In this document: one piece after another, positions 29,886 through 41,754 of the stretch
Layout: each line of letters starts with the position of its first letter
Position numbering within the stretch: position 1 is the first letter of the stretch
NCBI GenBank assembly: GCA_904063045.1
Contig: CAJFCJ010000009.1
Location: 2,170,968 to 2,234,967 of the forward strand
Length of the DNA: 64,000 bases
Reading direction: 5' to 3'
Origin: Dimorphilus gyrociliatus
Taxonomy: Eukaryota; Animalia; Annelida
Notes under the pieces: generated by a model
Told to the model about the DNA's origin: nothing
Databases searched by the model: none
Seen by the model: the letters and a program-made list of their open reading frames with translations, nothing else
Program-made: the position numbers and the translations under genes

Positions 29886-30785
29886 TTAATTTTTTGCAAT
29901 AGTTACTTTAAATGTAACATCTATGTAAGGTTCTGGACAACAACTATAGTGTTGTTCATGACGAAATGCACCAGATTCGATAATTTTATATTTGCCTGAG
30001 TAATGGCTTAAATCTACTTTCTTATCACCCTTAATGTCTAGGTCCATTTTGAATCCATCATAGGTCCATGATCCATATTTGAAATTGCAAGTATATACTT
30101 TTCCATCGAGTGTGCATCTGACCTATTTGTCGTTATGAAATAGATAAACAATAATTCAGAGTGTAACTAGTTTAACTTACCGTTATCAGTTTTGCTGGAA
30201 CATACATGAGACTTCCATCGTTGTTAATCATTACTAGAGCATCAACAAGATCAATCTCTTTACGTGCCCTATTAAGGAAAATATAGTATATAAGAACCTT
30301 TTTAATTGTTAAACAGTTATTTACTTATTGTATATGGTAATATCAGGACTCCAAATCTCTTTAAGAGGAATATTTATAGTGTCTATATTATATTCTTCCG
30401 GTGACCACGATAGTCTACTATCATTCCATACCTGTCATAAATCAACTGTACGTTAATTTACCTGTTTTATTATCTCTATGACAGTGGAAAGAAAATAAAA
30501 ATACTCTTTCTTCCCAAACATTAAAAGTAATGATGTCATCCTCAAACTCTATAATATCATTTATAGATAATCCAATAGAAGCACTAACAAGTCCAGTAGG
30601 CTTTACGAATTTGTTATAGCTTTTTAATAAATCATTGAAGAGTCTATCCCTATTGTTATGTTTTAAATAAATGTAGAAAATAACGCAAGAGAAGGAAGAG
30701 AATAAATAGAATAGATAGCATACTCATCACCGTAGACTTGTAGAAGAAGAATCAAATGGAAAGTAGATAAGAATAGCCCACTCAT
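29886..30785 (-). CDS. Soluble acetylcholine-binding protein (AChBP)-like Cys-loop ligand-binding domain, 212 aa, no transmembrane domain
   Basis: Exons 30724-30785, 30505-30649, 30325-30431, 30181-30268 and 29886-30122 total 639 nt with consistent phases. Signal peptide, loop D VWEER, loop A WSPDITIY, loop B FKYGSWTY, loop C HYSCCPEPY. The stop falls directly after the last beta-strand (DVTFKVTIAKN*). Confidence 0.88.
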
Positions 30786-31549
30786 CCTGAAACGGTTTCT
30801 CTTGTATTGTTGAGGAAAAGTCCCCTATTCAAATATATATTACATATGAAAATGTGAAAATGATATAATTATGATAACGTGAGAGATGGAGAGAAATAGA
30901 TAGATTTAAAAATTGGATAAACGCATCCGTTTTAATATATTTTAAAAAAATTCATCCTTTTCCGTAAACCTTTAGCAATAGAAAACGTTACTGAATGTCA
31001 GCTTGCATTTTTTTTCTCTTTCCCAACCCGTTAAATATACTTAATTACGTGACTTTTTGATTTTCTTTGTCCCTGACCTATTTATTCAACTTTAGGTTTA
31101 TTGTTACAAAAGAGAAACTTTTCAACTTGAATAAAACTAATTGTATTTAAAAAGAAAGGAGTGAGGGCGGGGGCACATTAGCAATACGTTTCTCTATTTT
31201 AAATATTAGGTAATGCTTTTTCTTAGGCCTATTAGTTAAGTCTTTTTTTTGTATAAGAAATTGAAAGAGGAGGATATATACATCTACTCCATACAACAAC
31301 TCTTAGTATTGTACAAAAGAAAATTGAACACACAAGCGGCTAAAAACACTTTGACAGTATTTTTTTTTATGGCTTGCTTTTCCTTTGCGCATACCTAACT
31401 TCTGAATAGGAATAGAAAAAGAAGAATTCAAAGGGATTAGGAATTACTTGATTTATAGAGTAGGAAGATGACTGAAGATTTCCATTGGAATAGAGAAAAT
31501 ATTGACCAATAAATTATTAGAAGATTTATTATATCAAAGGAAATAGATC

Positions 31550-34500
31550 ATGTTGAGCTGGCCTGAGTTTATACACATGCTTCACGAACTTGAAAGCAAT
31601 CGGATGAGAAACAGTACCTTATCGAATAAATGTCTACAAAATAGAAAGTGGTATCTCTTCCTTTTATCTTCCGCAACAACGCTTATCTTTGGAATTGTTT
31701 TAACATTGACGTTCAAATGTTTATACTTTTTATCGAAGAAGATCATTTTTGCTGGACGAAAGAAGAAAGAAAAAGATAATAGTACTGATTCAAGTAGATA
31801 CGGAAGATCAAGTGAACAGATACGATTAGGTACTCTTATTAAAATACGAACTCAGCTGTTTATATCTGGACAGACATTGAATGGTAGAATATTGGTAAAT
31901 ATTGATCTCTTTGTATATATCTATAAAACTTAATATCTTGAATTTTAGATAACTTTGTCATGTACGCTAAGTATTGCATCCTTCATCATTTACTTAATAG
32001 ATGAAACAAAGTAAGCGAACTTTCTACAGAAAGAATAAAAGCCAAAATATATTGGCTTTATAGTTCCCATATTGACCTATAAGTTCTAATTCTTTTTCTG
32101 TTGTAATAGATCGGAAAATGCTCCTGAAACTTGTATCAAATTTGCTAACAATACTCGGCAACAGATAGACTTTATCTTCCATATTCTATTTCTATTATAT
32201 TTTCTAATAAGAGTATGAATAAATTTAAATATTCAACAATCATATCCAGTGATTTAATTTTACACTTTTTCCTATACATTTAAAGTTAATAGCAGCCGAA
32301 AATAAACTTACATTCTGGATTAAATTACATTCTTTAATTGATTTATGCACGATACCACCGATTTTCTTATCAATTTACCTTGACAGACAATGGTTAGGTA
32401 AATATCTTTTAATTCATTATAATTTATTCATAAATGATTTCGCAATATATTTATTAGGATTAAGATTTATGAGGGCTTTGTGGATTATGACAGTTCCGAA
32501 AATATTAAAATATTTGAACGTGTTACAGACAAGTAATGCCATTCATATGGCTCAATTACTGGCTTATTTAGTTGGATTTTGGCTATCTTCTGCCGGTTTT
32601 GTTCATTTGGTAGAAACTTCTGGTGATCCATTTAATAATTGGGAAAACAATCAGTACTTAAGCTATTGGGAGTGCTTATATTTTTTGGTTATTACAATGT
32701 CAACCGTTGGATATGGTGATGTGACCTGTGTGACCGTTATCGGAAAGTCATTTATTATCATATTCATAATTGGTTCAATGTATCTATTCGCTAGAAATAT
32801 TGATGTTATTGTTCAAATTATCGGTAAAGCCGGTAATAATAATTGCTCTTACAAGAAACCAGCTGGAGTAAAGTAAGTTGGGTGTAAAATTGTTTATGAA
32901 TGACGTCTAATAGATTAAAAATAACAATAATTATAGGCATTTGGTAATCGTCGGTTCGATAACGTACTATTCGGTAAAGAATTTTGTAGATGAGTTCCTT
33001 CACGTTGATTGGCAACAGAAAAATCTTACACTCATCTTTCTAAATAAGTAAGTATATCTATTAAAAATTATTTAATCTCTCCTTTTTATATATAAACAAA
33101 TAAACAAACAAAAATAGACAGAAACCTGATTTGAGGACATATACAATCTTTAAAAAAAACTTTACAAACGTAAAATTCTTTATGGGAACGCCTATGAACG
33201 CCTACGACCTTGGAAGAGTTAAGGTATGCGTCTATTCATTTATATTTTTTGCTATTGATAATTTTATAATATTGAATAAAAATTGAATTAGCTAAAGGAG
33301 GCAGAAGCTTTTATCGTGATGGCTAATCCTTATACCGGTAATAGAGACGAGGAAGACGCTTCAAACGTACTAAGAGTGATAGCCGCTAAGAATTATCACC
33401 CAAAAATAAGAATTATTGTACAGTTGTTAAGCTATCAAAACAAAGGTCATTTATTAAATTTATCACCTTGGAGCGAAGATGATAAAATCATATGCGAAGA
33501 TGAAATTAAATTAGGTTTTCTAGCGCAAAGTTGTGTTGCACCTGGTTTTTCAACTTTAATATCCAATCTATTCGTATTGAAGAACGCTAAAAACTACGAA
33601 AAGAATTGTCGACATGGATATTACAGATGGCATTCAAATTATGTAACGGGTTCCGATATGGAATTATATACTTGTAAATTCTCTGAATCGTTTTATGAAT
33701 ATACTTTTGTTGAAGCTGCCGAGTAAGTAATTAATAGTTAATTCTATTTTCAATAGAAAAAAATGATTAATTACTAAGAATATAATGAATTATAATATTA
33801 TTATTCTAGAATTTGCTATACTATGTGCGATTTATTACTAATTGGTATAAAATCAACAAATTTCTGTGGGAAAAAGCGAATTATTATGAATACCTATTCG
33901 AAACATACTATTGGTCAGGATTCTGTTGGATTTTTTATATGTAGATCTAAGGATTCGCTTAGGAAACTTAATCATTTATGCAAATTATGTCACATTGATA
34001 ATAAGATGACACCGTTGCAAAAATGTAAATGTAGACAATCGAAACGTTTGTATAGTTATTTCTCTAATATTTATGTATTAATGCATGATTTCGATAAACA
34101 GTTAGATTATTTGTTGATATTGGATCCGGATGTGACGGAAATATCAATTCAAACTTTCAATATGAACATCGAAATGTCAGAAAGAGAATTAATAAAGATT
34201 TCAATATCTTGTAATTCATCACGTTTAAATAGCTCATTTGCATATTATATTTTATAATTTATTCTATTATCTATAGAATTTCTGATAATTATTCAAATCG
34301 TGATGATATTTTCGATTTCACCGGTTTATTTCATTGGTGTCCAGACGTTCCACTTGAAAAAGCAATATGGGTATGTAATCAAATCACAGGCAATTCATTC
34401 AAACAATTATTATTGTTGTTGCTTATATTTAGAAAGAAAATCTACAAACATTCAAAAATATGAAAGATCATATCGTTGTTTGTATATTTGCTCATAAAGA

Positions 34501-35948
34501 ATCTACTTCAATAGGCCTATGTAATTTTGTCATGCCACTAAGAAGTAGTTCATTTAAAAAAGACGAGTTAAAAAGTATAGTATTCGTTGGCGATAAAGAT
34601 TACCTTAAAACCGAATGGCAAACTCTTAAAAACTTCCCGAATGTTTATATTAAACCAGTTTGTAATTTTATATTTATCTATTTTTTCTATGACAAACATG
34701 TAATATATGGGATATTATGTAATTTTCTAAAAGGGTTCACCATTAAATAGAGCAAATTTAAGATCAGTTCAATTGGATCATTGTCGAATGTGCGTCATTA
34801 TTAAAAGCTATCAGACAATGGAAGATCGTATCTTAGCCGATAAAGAATCTATCATATGCACACTTGGAATAAAATCTATGAAATTTTATAAATTAGTTGA
34901 TTTGGAAGGAGACAGTTTTTGTTGTCGTAAGTATTTACATTTTTTGTGTTAATTAATAAGATAATGGATTCTTTTCTATTTACTTTGAAGCGTCTCAAGA
35001 ATCTGAGGAATGTTCACAGAATGATAATATAACAATGACAGGTAAAATGGTTATGAAAACAACAGCAAGTATCAATGAAGAAATCGATAAAAAGAGAAAA
35101 AGTAATATCTATCTTTTATAATTGTTACTTCCGATAAACGAACGTTATTGTCTAGGTTCTTCCTATAAGATGGAGATAAGTAGTTCAAAGGTACCATTGA
35201 TAACGGATGTAGGTCAGCTGCTAGATTTCTCTATTCTATGTATTTTATGGTAATAATAACTTGTTTCTTTTTTTTGTATAGAATGTAATTCCAACGTTCG
35301 ATTTCTTGATGTTGATAATTTCCACGACCCTAAACTACCTTTTAGAATGTCATTACCATTCGCATGCGGTAGTGTATTTACATCATCTCTATTAGACTCG
35401 CTATTATGCAATGTAAGAGCAACAATCTTATTATTCTGTCTATAATTTCTCTTTAATTTTCATATCTTTGATTTATATGAAAAAGACGTATTTCAATCCG
35501 GAAAGTATCAATATAATTAGAATTCTTTTAACTGGAGCCGTTCGACCAGAATTAGATCAAATGATGGCGGAAGGTGTGGGTATACTAAAAGGTTCAGAAA
35601 GCACTAAAGATCAATTAAGCAAGAAACAGTGCAGTATTCATCAATTATCAATGGATACATTTTTCAAAGAGTATATTGACAAGACGTATAGTGAAATGTT
35701 TCTATCTTTGCTGAAAGACTATGGTATTATATGCCTCGGCTTATACCGCCAATTGGAAACGGCTGAACAGTCTGGTTCATATGAAAGGTTTGTCATAACA
35801 AATCCACCTGGTTATATACTTCTTCAAAATACAGATTTGGTTTGTATACTTACATACTGTTATTATATTAATAAATTCCATTCTTATCTCCCGCCTCTAG
35901 GTTTATTGTATGGTTCCCTTTAAAACTCAAGTTGGCGATGAAAAGTAA
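31550..35948 (+). CDS. Divergent Slo1/BK-family potassium channel (S0-S6, RCK1, RCK2)
   Basis: S0 segment, S4 WLGLRFMRAL, filter TMSTVGYGDV, RCK1 DASNVLRVIAAKNYHPKIRIIVQLL and LGFLAQSCVAPGFSTL, RCK2 DHIVVCIF, LPFACG, and C-terminal RFVITNPP...TDLVY. Stop at 35946-35948. Confidence 0.9.
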
Positions 35949-36085
35949 CAAACTTACAATCAATGAAACATACTGTTTTTTTTTTATAAAAAAAATATAT
36001 TTTTATTATCTTTTAAACATGCTTTTTATTTTTTTTATTTCAATAGTAATTTCCAAAAAACAAGTAAATAAAAATAGTGAAACTG

Positions 36086-36090
<5 letters not shown>

Positions 36091-36122
<32 letters not shown>
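36091..36122. repeat. (AT)n microsatellite
   Basis: Direct reading of the sequence. Confidence 0.9.
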
Positions 36123-36125
<3 letters not shown>

Positions 36126-36190
36126 TATTAATATATACGTATATATTAATATATTTAAAATACATGAATATTTTCAATGTTTTCCTTTAT

Positions 36191-37336
36191 TCAAATATCT
36201 GAATTAGTAACAACCTGGAGCTGGTTTGAATTTTCAACGTTATTTAATTCTGTTGTATTCTTTTCGACATTAATGAAATTACTTTCTAAACTCTTTAAAA
36301 GTTTATCTCCTATTTTTGTTATTGCTAGAAAGAATATAAAACCAGCTCCTATAGCTCCCAGAGATAATCCTAACAGTGAACCCGTTGGTTTAATAATTAT
36401 GAATGCTGTAACTATTGATGCTACATCTACTATGTAAACAAGAGCGGCTAAAACTAATCTGTGAAAATGGGTACCAAAGAGTGAACCTATTGGAGCTCCT
36501 ACGACTACAATTGGTGCGCAAACCAAAAAATAATCCCAAGTAACTGTTGAAATTCCCTCGTGTATAAAATTTCTCCAAAAAACTCCAAAAAATGAATTAA
36601 ATGCCATAAGAACTACAGATGTTGGTGTAGCAACTTTCTCAGAAACTCTAAAGAGTAGTGTTAGTATGCTAAAAGAGCATATATCTACACCACTGCCTGT
36701 AAATGATGTAAATATCCCACCGACAAAACCAGTTAACAATAGTATAGGATAGGTCCACCATTGCAGATTTACTATTTGCCTAAAAGTTTTCCTTTTTTTT
36801 CTAAAATTTAATAAGAAGAGGGAAAAAGCAAATGTAAACCAAATGCAGACAAACAACATCTTTTTCTGCGCTGCTGTTAGTTTTTTATCAACGAATTCAT
36901 AGCCAAAAATACCACCACCTATTGCTCCTATGGAACAGAATATTATAGAATTGTACTCGACTTGAACTTTCATGAAAAAAATGCTGAAAGAGGCGCAAGA
37001 CATTCCGCATGATTGAATTAATAATGAAAAATCCTTGGCCTTTACAGGATCTATTTTTAAAAGAAGAGTCATCACTGGAAATGCAACTGCTCCTCCTCCC
37101 TCGGATGTCATTCCAGCAATAATCGAACCAAAAATCATAGTTAGAGTCATAGTATATCCAGTCGTAAATTTTTCCCAAATCGAATGCTGGATAGCGTAGG
37201 AAAACCACAAAAATTCAACAATTAAAAATGGTATTAAAACTGCTATAATTCTTCTATATTTCTTCAAAAATTTACTTCGTCCTCCGAAATGTTCACCTCT
37301 AATAAATTCCTCATTATCTTCATCATCTCTTTTCAT
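36191..37336 (-). CDS. TauE/SafE (TSUP) family sulfite/sulfur-compound exporter-like membrane protein
   Basis: Multi-pass hydrophobic ORF with GMTSEGGGAVAFPVMTLLL and the second-repeat motif GFVGGIFTSFTGSGVD...ATPTSVVLM. The first ATG is at 37336; the track's 37360 start is a TTG. A short upstream exon is possible. Confidence 0.8.
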   Translation of the reverse strand: MKRDDEDNEEFIRGEHFGGRSKFLKKYRRIIAVLIPFLIVEFLWFSYAIQHSIWEKFTTGYTMTLTMIFGSIIAGMTSEGGGAVAFPVMTLLLKIDPVKAKDFSLLIQSCGMSCASFSIFFMKVQVEYNSIIFCSIGAIGGGIFGYEFVDKKLTAAQKKMLFVCIWFTFAFSLFLLNFRKKRKTFRQIVNLQWWTYPILLLTGFVGGIFTSFTGSGVDICSFSILTLLFRVSEKVATPTSVVLMAFNSFFGVFWRNFIHEGISTVTWDYFLVCAPIVVVGAPIGSLFGTHFHRLVLAALVYIVDVASIVTAFIIIKPTGSLLGLSLGAIGAGFIFFLAITKIGDKLLKSLESNFINVEKNTTELNNVENSNQLQVVTNSDI

Positions 37337-38568
37337 TTGTCCTATTGTGCAATGGCACAAAATATTATTTATATCTCTTTGAAATTATCAATATATAGTC
37401 AACAATGTCAACAAACCTTCAAAAAAGTATTTAATACACCAAACTTTCGGTCCATTCCTACAACAGTTTATTCTATCTTTAATAGTTTCTTTCTTGTTCT
37501 CTTCCATTCTAGCACAATTCAACTTCTGATATAAGAGACGGTCGACGCAATATATAGTATACGATTTACATATGAAATCAATAATAGTACCTCAGTTTCT
37601 ATACAACTTTTTGAAAACTTGTACTATCTACTAACAATGAGCATTACAATGGCGTTATATTAAGTTTTCTATTAAAAAGCATCAAAAGTATCTTCTCTAT
37701 AGTATTTAGAGAAAATTATCTATCGATTTGCTAAAATTCTAAAGCCTTTCCAAATTAAACAATAACTTGTTAAAGATCATAGAAAAAGGATGATTTATTA
37801 CATTTTTCCTATGTTATTATATGTAACAAATTTCATATATTTTCGTTAATACAGTTTTGAGGTTGAGTGACCCGAACTCGTTTTGAACAGGTCTCACCCA
37901 ACAAATATATAATAGGTGTCTTGAACTAGTATATTCTTTTGTGTATTATACTCAAAAATGTAATCCTATATTTAAGTTCGTATTGAGATAAATTTCAACT
38001 TGACATAAAAACAGTACGAGCTAACTGAATTCCCTAAATTACAAGTCCGATAATCCTTATCTATTAGGAACATTGGGATTATCTTAAATTTTTAAGACGA
38101 ATATAACAATATAAAAATTATTAATCATTTAAAAGAAATTATTATTAATACTCTTTTGAATTAATTATGCAATTAATGGAATAGTTTAAAAAGTGATGAT
38201 CAAGATTAGTATTATCGATAATACGATATTTTCAAAATATTTTGTAATATTTTGTTAATCTTCTAAAGTGTTCTTCACCTTTGTTTCTTACAGACAAGAA
38301 AATTTAGTTTGGATATTATTAACTTATTTCCATTCATATATGAATATTCAATAATCTAATAAATAGATAGAAACTTTGTGTAATTACGTATTTCCGTTAT
38401 AAAATATTCATTTTTTATATAGTCTTTTATATATATATAAATTTATATATATGTATTTTTTAACTGTATATATACTGTATATATATATATATTATTGTCA
38501 TAAAAAACTAATTAGCATAAGCTTATCAGTTAAGAAACATTCATTTCTGTACGTTTTTCTCTTTCGAC

Positions 38569-39618
38569 ATGAACATAATTGTGATTTTAACAATATTACA
38601 TGTTTGTTATGGGCTCAACTTGACACCATCCGTTAGCTATGGTATACCTTTTTCTTATTTTTCTAACGTTCATCTATCTTAAATCATCTTAATAATATCA
38701 AAATATTTCATACAGGTAAACTCTACGTTAAAGAGAGCTTATGTAATAATAGTTTTAAAATGGAGGAATCTGGATTTGAAGTGGTCAAGCTACATTCTGC
38801 ATGGTCATCAAATGAATTTGATAAAAAACGAACATGTATAGCAACAATTCAGCCTCCCTTGAATAGAGGACTAATAATAACTATTGTTGATATGAATAAA
38901 GGATTAGAATTGTGTAAAAATAAAGATAAAAATGCTCTACTTATTGAAACTAGGAATTCTTGTAAGTTTATTCGAATTCCCTGTAGTGTTCACATTCATA
39001 TAAGATATATTTTAAAACATAAACTCTTCTCAAAAAGCTTCCACATGTAAGAAAGATTTAAGAAAAATGGGAATTATTTCTTTACCAAACCAATTAATAA
39101 AAGTAAAATTAAAGGATAATGATTTTGGATTCAAATTAATCCTTACAACATATCAATCTCAAAATAAACAAGATGTTTGTCAACCAAATCAATTTCAATG
39201 TATACATAATGGTATTAAAAATTGTATAAATTCTAATCTCCAATGCGATGGGTATAATAATTGCGGTGATAGCAGGGATGAGACTTGGTCTTCGGCAAAT
39301 TGTTTTTTCAACCTAATTTTGGATCCAATTCAATTTTCAGTTCTAATTTCAATATTTATATTATTTCTCATTGGAATATCAATAATATTCTGCCTTTGTT
39401 GCTTTAAAAAGAAATCTCATAGACTGGTTTGTAAAATGTGTTTAATATGTAATACTCTAATATATAATATATATTATCAGGTTCAACAACAATTTGGCGG
39501 AGTCACAACACCGTTTATAAGTTCAGCTGACAAAACATTTGACTATGATGAAGCCAATCTAAACTATGAAAATATCATAAAACCCCCAGCTTATAACTCT
39601 CTCTTTCCCTACAAATGA
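38569..39618 (+). CDS. Single-pass membrane protein: signal peptide, degenerate CUB-like region, LDLa, transmembrane helix and PPxY tail (LDLRAD-like)
   Basis: Signal exon MNIIVILTILHVCYG. LDLa CQPNQFQCIHNGIKNCINSNLQCDGYNNCGDSRDE. Transmembrane helix followed by CLCCF. C-terminal PPAY. Confidence 0.75.
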
Positions 39619-39949
39619 ACTATTACGCTCTAAATTGTATGGCACTTACCTGTTTAATCGTTTTTATAACTTCAATAACCTAAAAATTTGAAAGAAATTG
39701 AAAAACCTGTTTATTAGTAATAATTTTCAACCAAATACAACAAAATATTGCTTTAAACTAATTAAAAATCATCACATAATTAATATATAATTAATTTCAA
39801 TTGTTTCATTTATGTAATATTTGGTAACAGTGCTATTCTTATGTATAAAAAAAAAGATATCTATAAGGCCTAGAATATGCTCCAATTACGTCAGAGCTGT
39901 TGAACAGTACTTTATTAAATACTAGCGTAACCATGATACAAAATGTGAG

Positions 39950-40022
39950 GGCCGCGTGGCCTAATGGATAAGGCGTCTGACTTCGAATCAGAAGATTGCG
40001 AGTTCGAGTCTCGTCGCGGTCG
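39950..40022 (+). tRNA. tRNA-Arg (anticodon TCG)
   Basis: 73-nt cloverleaf. Acceptor stem GGCCGCG/CGCGGTC, anticodon arm TCTGA-CTTCGAA-TCAGA, T-arm GCGAG-TTCGAGT-CTCGT. A and B boxes are present. Confidence 0.97.
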
Positions 40023-40024
40023 AA

Positions 40025-40033
40025 TTTTTTTTT
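40025..40033 (+). terminator. Pol III terminator (T9)
   Basis: T-run beginning 3 nt after the tRNA. Confidence 0.85.
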
Positions 40034-40297
40034 GTCAAATACATTTCATTTGCATAAGGCAGGTGGCGCTACTATACAATCAACTTCGGCAAAACTTTGT
40101 GAATTTAGAATATTTGGTAATAAAATCATAAACCGATTCTAAAGGAACGTCTTTTATTTCGATTTTTCGCGAATAACATTAAGTACATAAAAGCCCCGTT
40201 CAAAAAATGGCAATTTAGTAATTTTTGCGTGTTTTTTTTTGTCTCTTATTTTTTTTGAAGGGAATTTAAATACATATTTTCAATAAGCAATCATGAC

Positions 40298-41754
40298 TTA
40301 ACGGTCAACTTCACCAAAAACGATATCCAGGGTTCCGATGACAGCCACAACATCGGCTAACATGAAACCCTTTGTCAGTTTGTGAAGGGCGGCTAAGTGA
40401 GCAAATCCTGGCGCCTTGATTTTACACCTGTATGGTTTATTGCTACCATCAGAGACTAAATAGACACCGAATTCTCCTTTTGGTGCTTCGATAGCTGTAT
40501 ACGTGGAACCTGGTGGTACCAAATAACCCTCCGAATATAATTTGAAGTGATGGATTAGTGCTTCCATGCTATCCTTCATTTCTCGTCGTTTAGGAGGAGC
40601 AACCTTGTTATCATCTACTTTTATTTCACCTTGTGGCATCTTATTTAAACATTGCATGATAATATTCATTGATTGCCTCATTTCCTCCATTCTAATTACG
40701 TAACGATCAAAACAATCGCCATTGACTCCTATTGGAACGTCGAATTCAACTTTGTCGTAAGCATCGTAGGGTTGAACTTTTCTTATATCCCACTTTATGC
40801 CCGATCCTCTAAGCATAACACCGCTAAATCCCCAATTGAGAGCGTCTTCAGCCGAAATAACACCAATACCCTCTAAACGTTGCCTCCAAATTCTATTATT
40901 TGTTAAAAGATCGTCGATTTCGTCCAAACGTTGACCAAACTTAGTCATCCACTCGTATATATCATCCATCAAACCTAGAGGTATATCTCTATCGACTCCT
41001 CCTGGACGAACGTAAGCAGCATGCATACGGGCTCCCGAAACTCTTTCATAAAATTCACATAGTTTTTCTCTCTCTTCAAAGAACCAAAAGAATGGAGTAA
41101 TGGCACCTACATCCAAAATATGAGTACCAATACCCATAGTATGATTCATTAGTCTTGTTATTTCGCCAAAGAGTGTTCTAATCCATTTAGCTCTTTCAGG
41201 AATTTCTATATTAAGTAATTTCTCAACAGCCAAAGAGTAAGCCTGCTCATTGCACATCATAGAACAGTAATCGAGTCTATCAAAATACGGTAGAGCTTGC
41301 AGGTAAGTTTTATGCTCTATCAATTTCTCAGTGGCTCTATGAAGTAGTCCAATATGAGGATCAGCTCTCACTACTGTTTCTCCGTCCAGAGTTAATACTA
41401 AACGCAGTACTCCATGAGCCGCCGGATGTTGGGGTCCAAAATTGAGAGTTATATTTTGTACTTTCTTGTCAGTTCTCTGTTTGCAATCGAAGATATGCTA
41501 TGTAATATAATACATAATTTTGAATGTCGATTGTTTACCTCGAGTCTCTTTAAGTTTTTTGGAAGGGTTTTCCACTTGGCCATCTCTTCATTAGCCGGGT
41601 ATAAGACTGGGGATTCGAATTTTTTGTAATATTCTGCATCAGGATACCAGCTAGATCCATGGCGTTTTGATGCTACGACTGGAGTGGCAAAACGAAGTGG
41701 GGTTAACAGAAGGCTGGCATTTTGCGCGACTTTGTTAATAACCTTTGCCGCCAT
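40298..41754 (-). CDS. NDUFS2: NADH dehydrogenase (complex I) 49 kDa subunit
   Basis: Transit peptide [34 protein letters not shown], and C-terminal [10 protein letters not shown] single intron lies near the 5' end. Confidence 0.97.
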
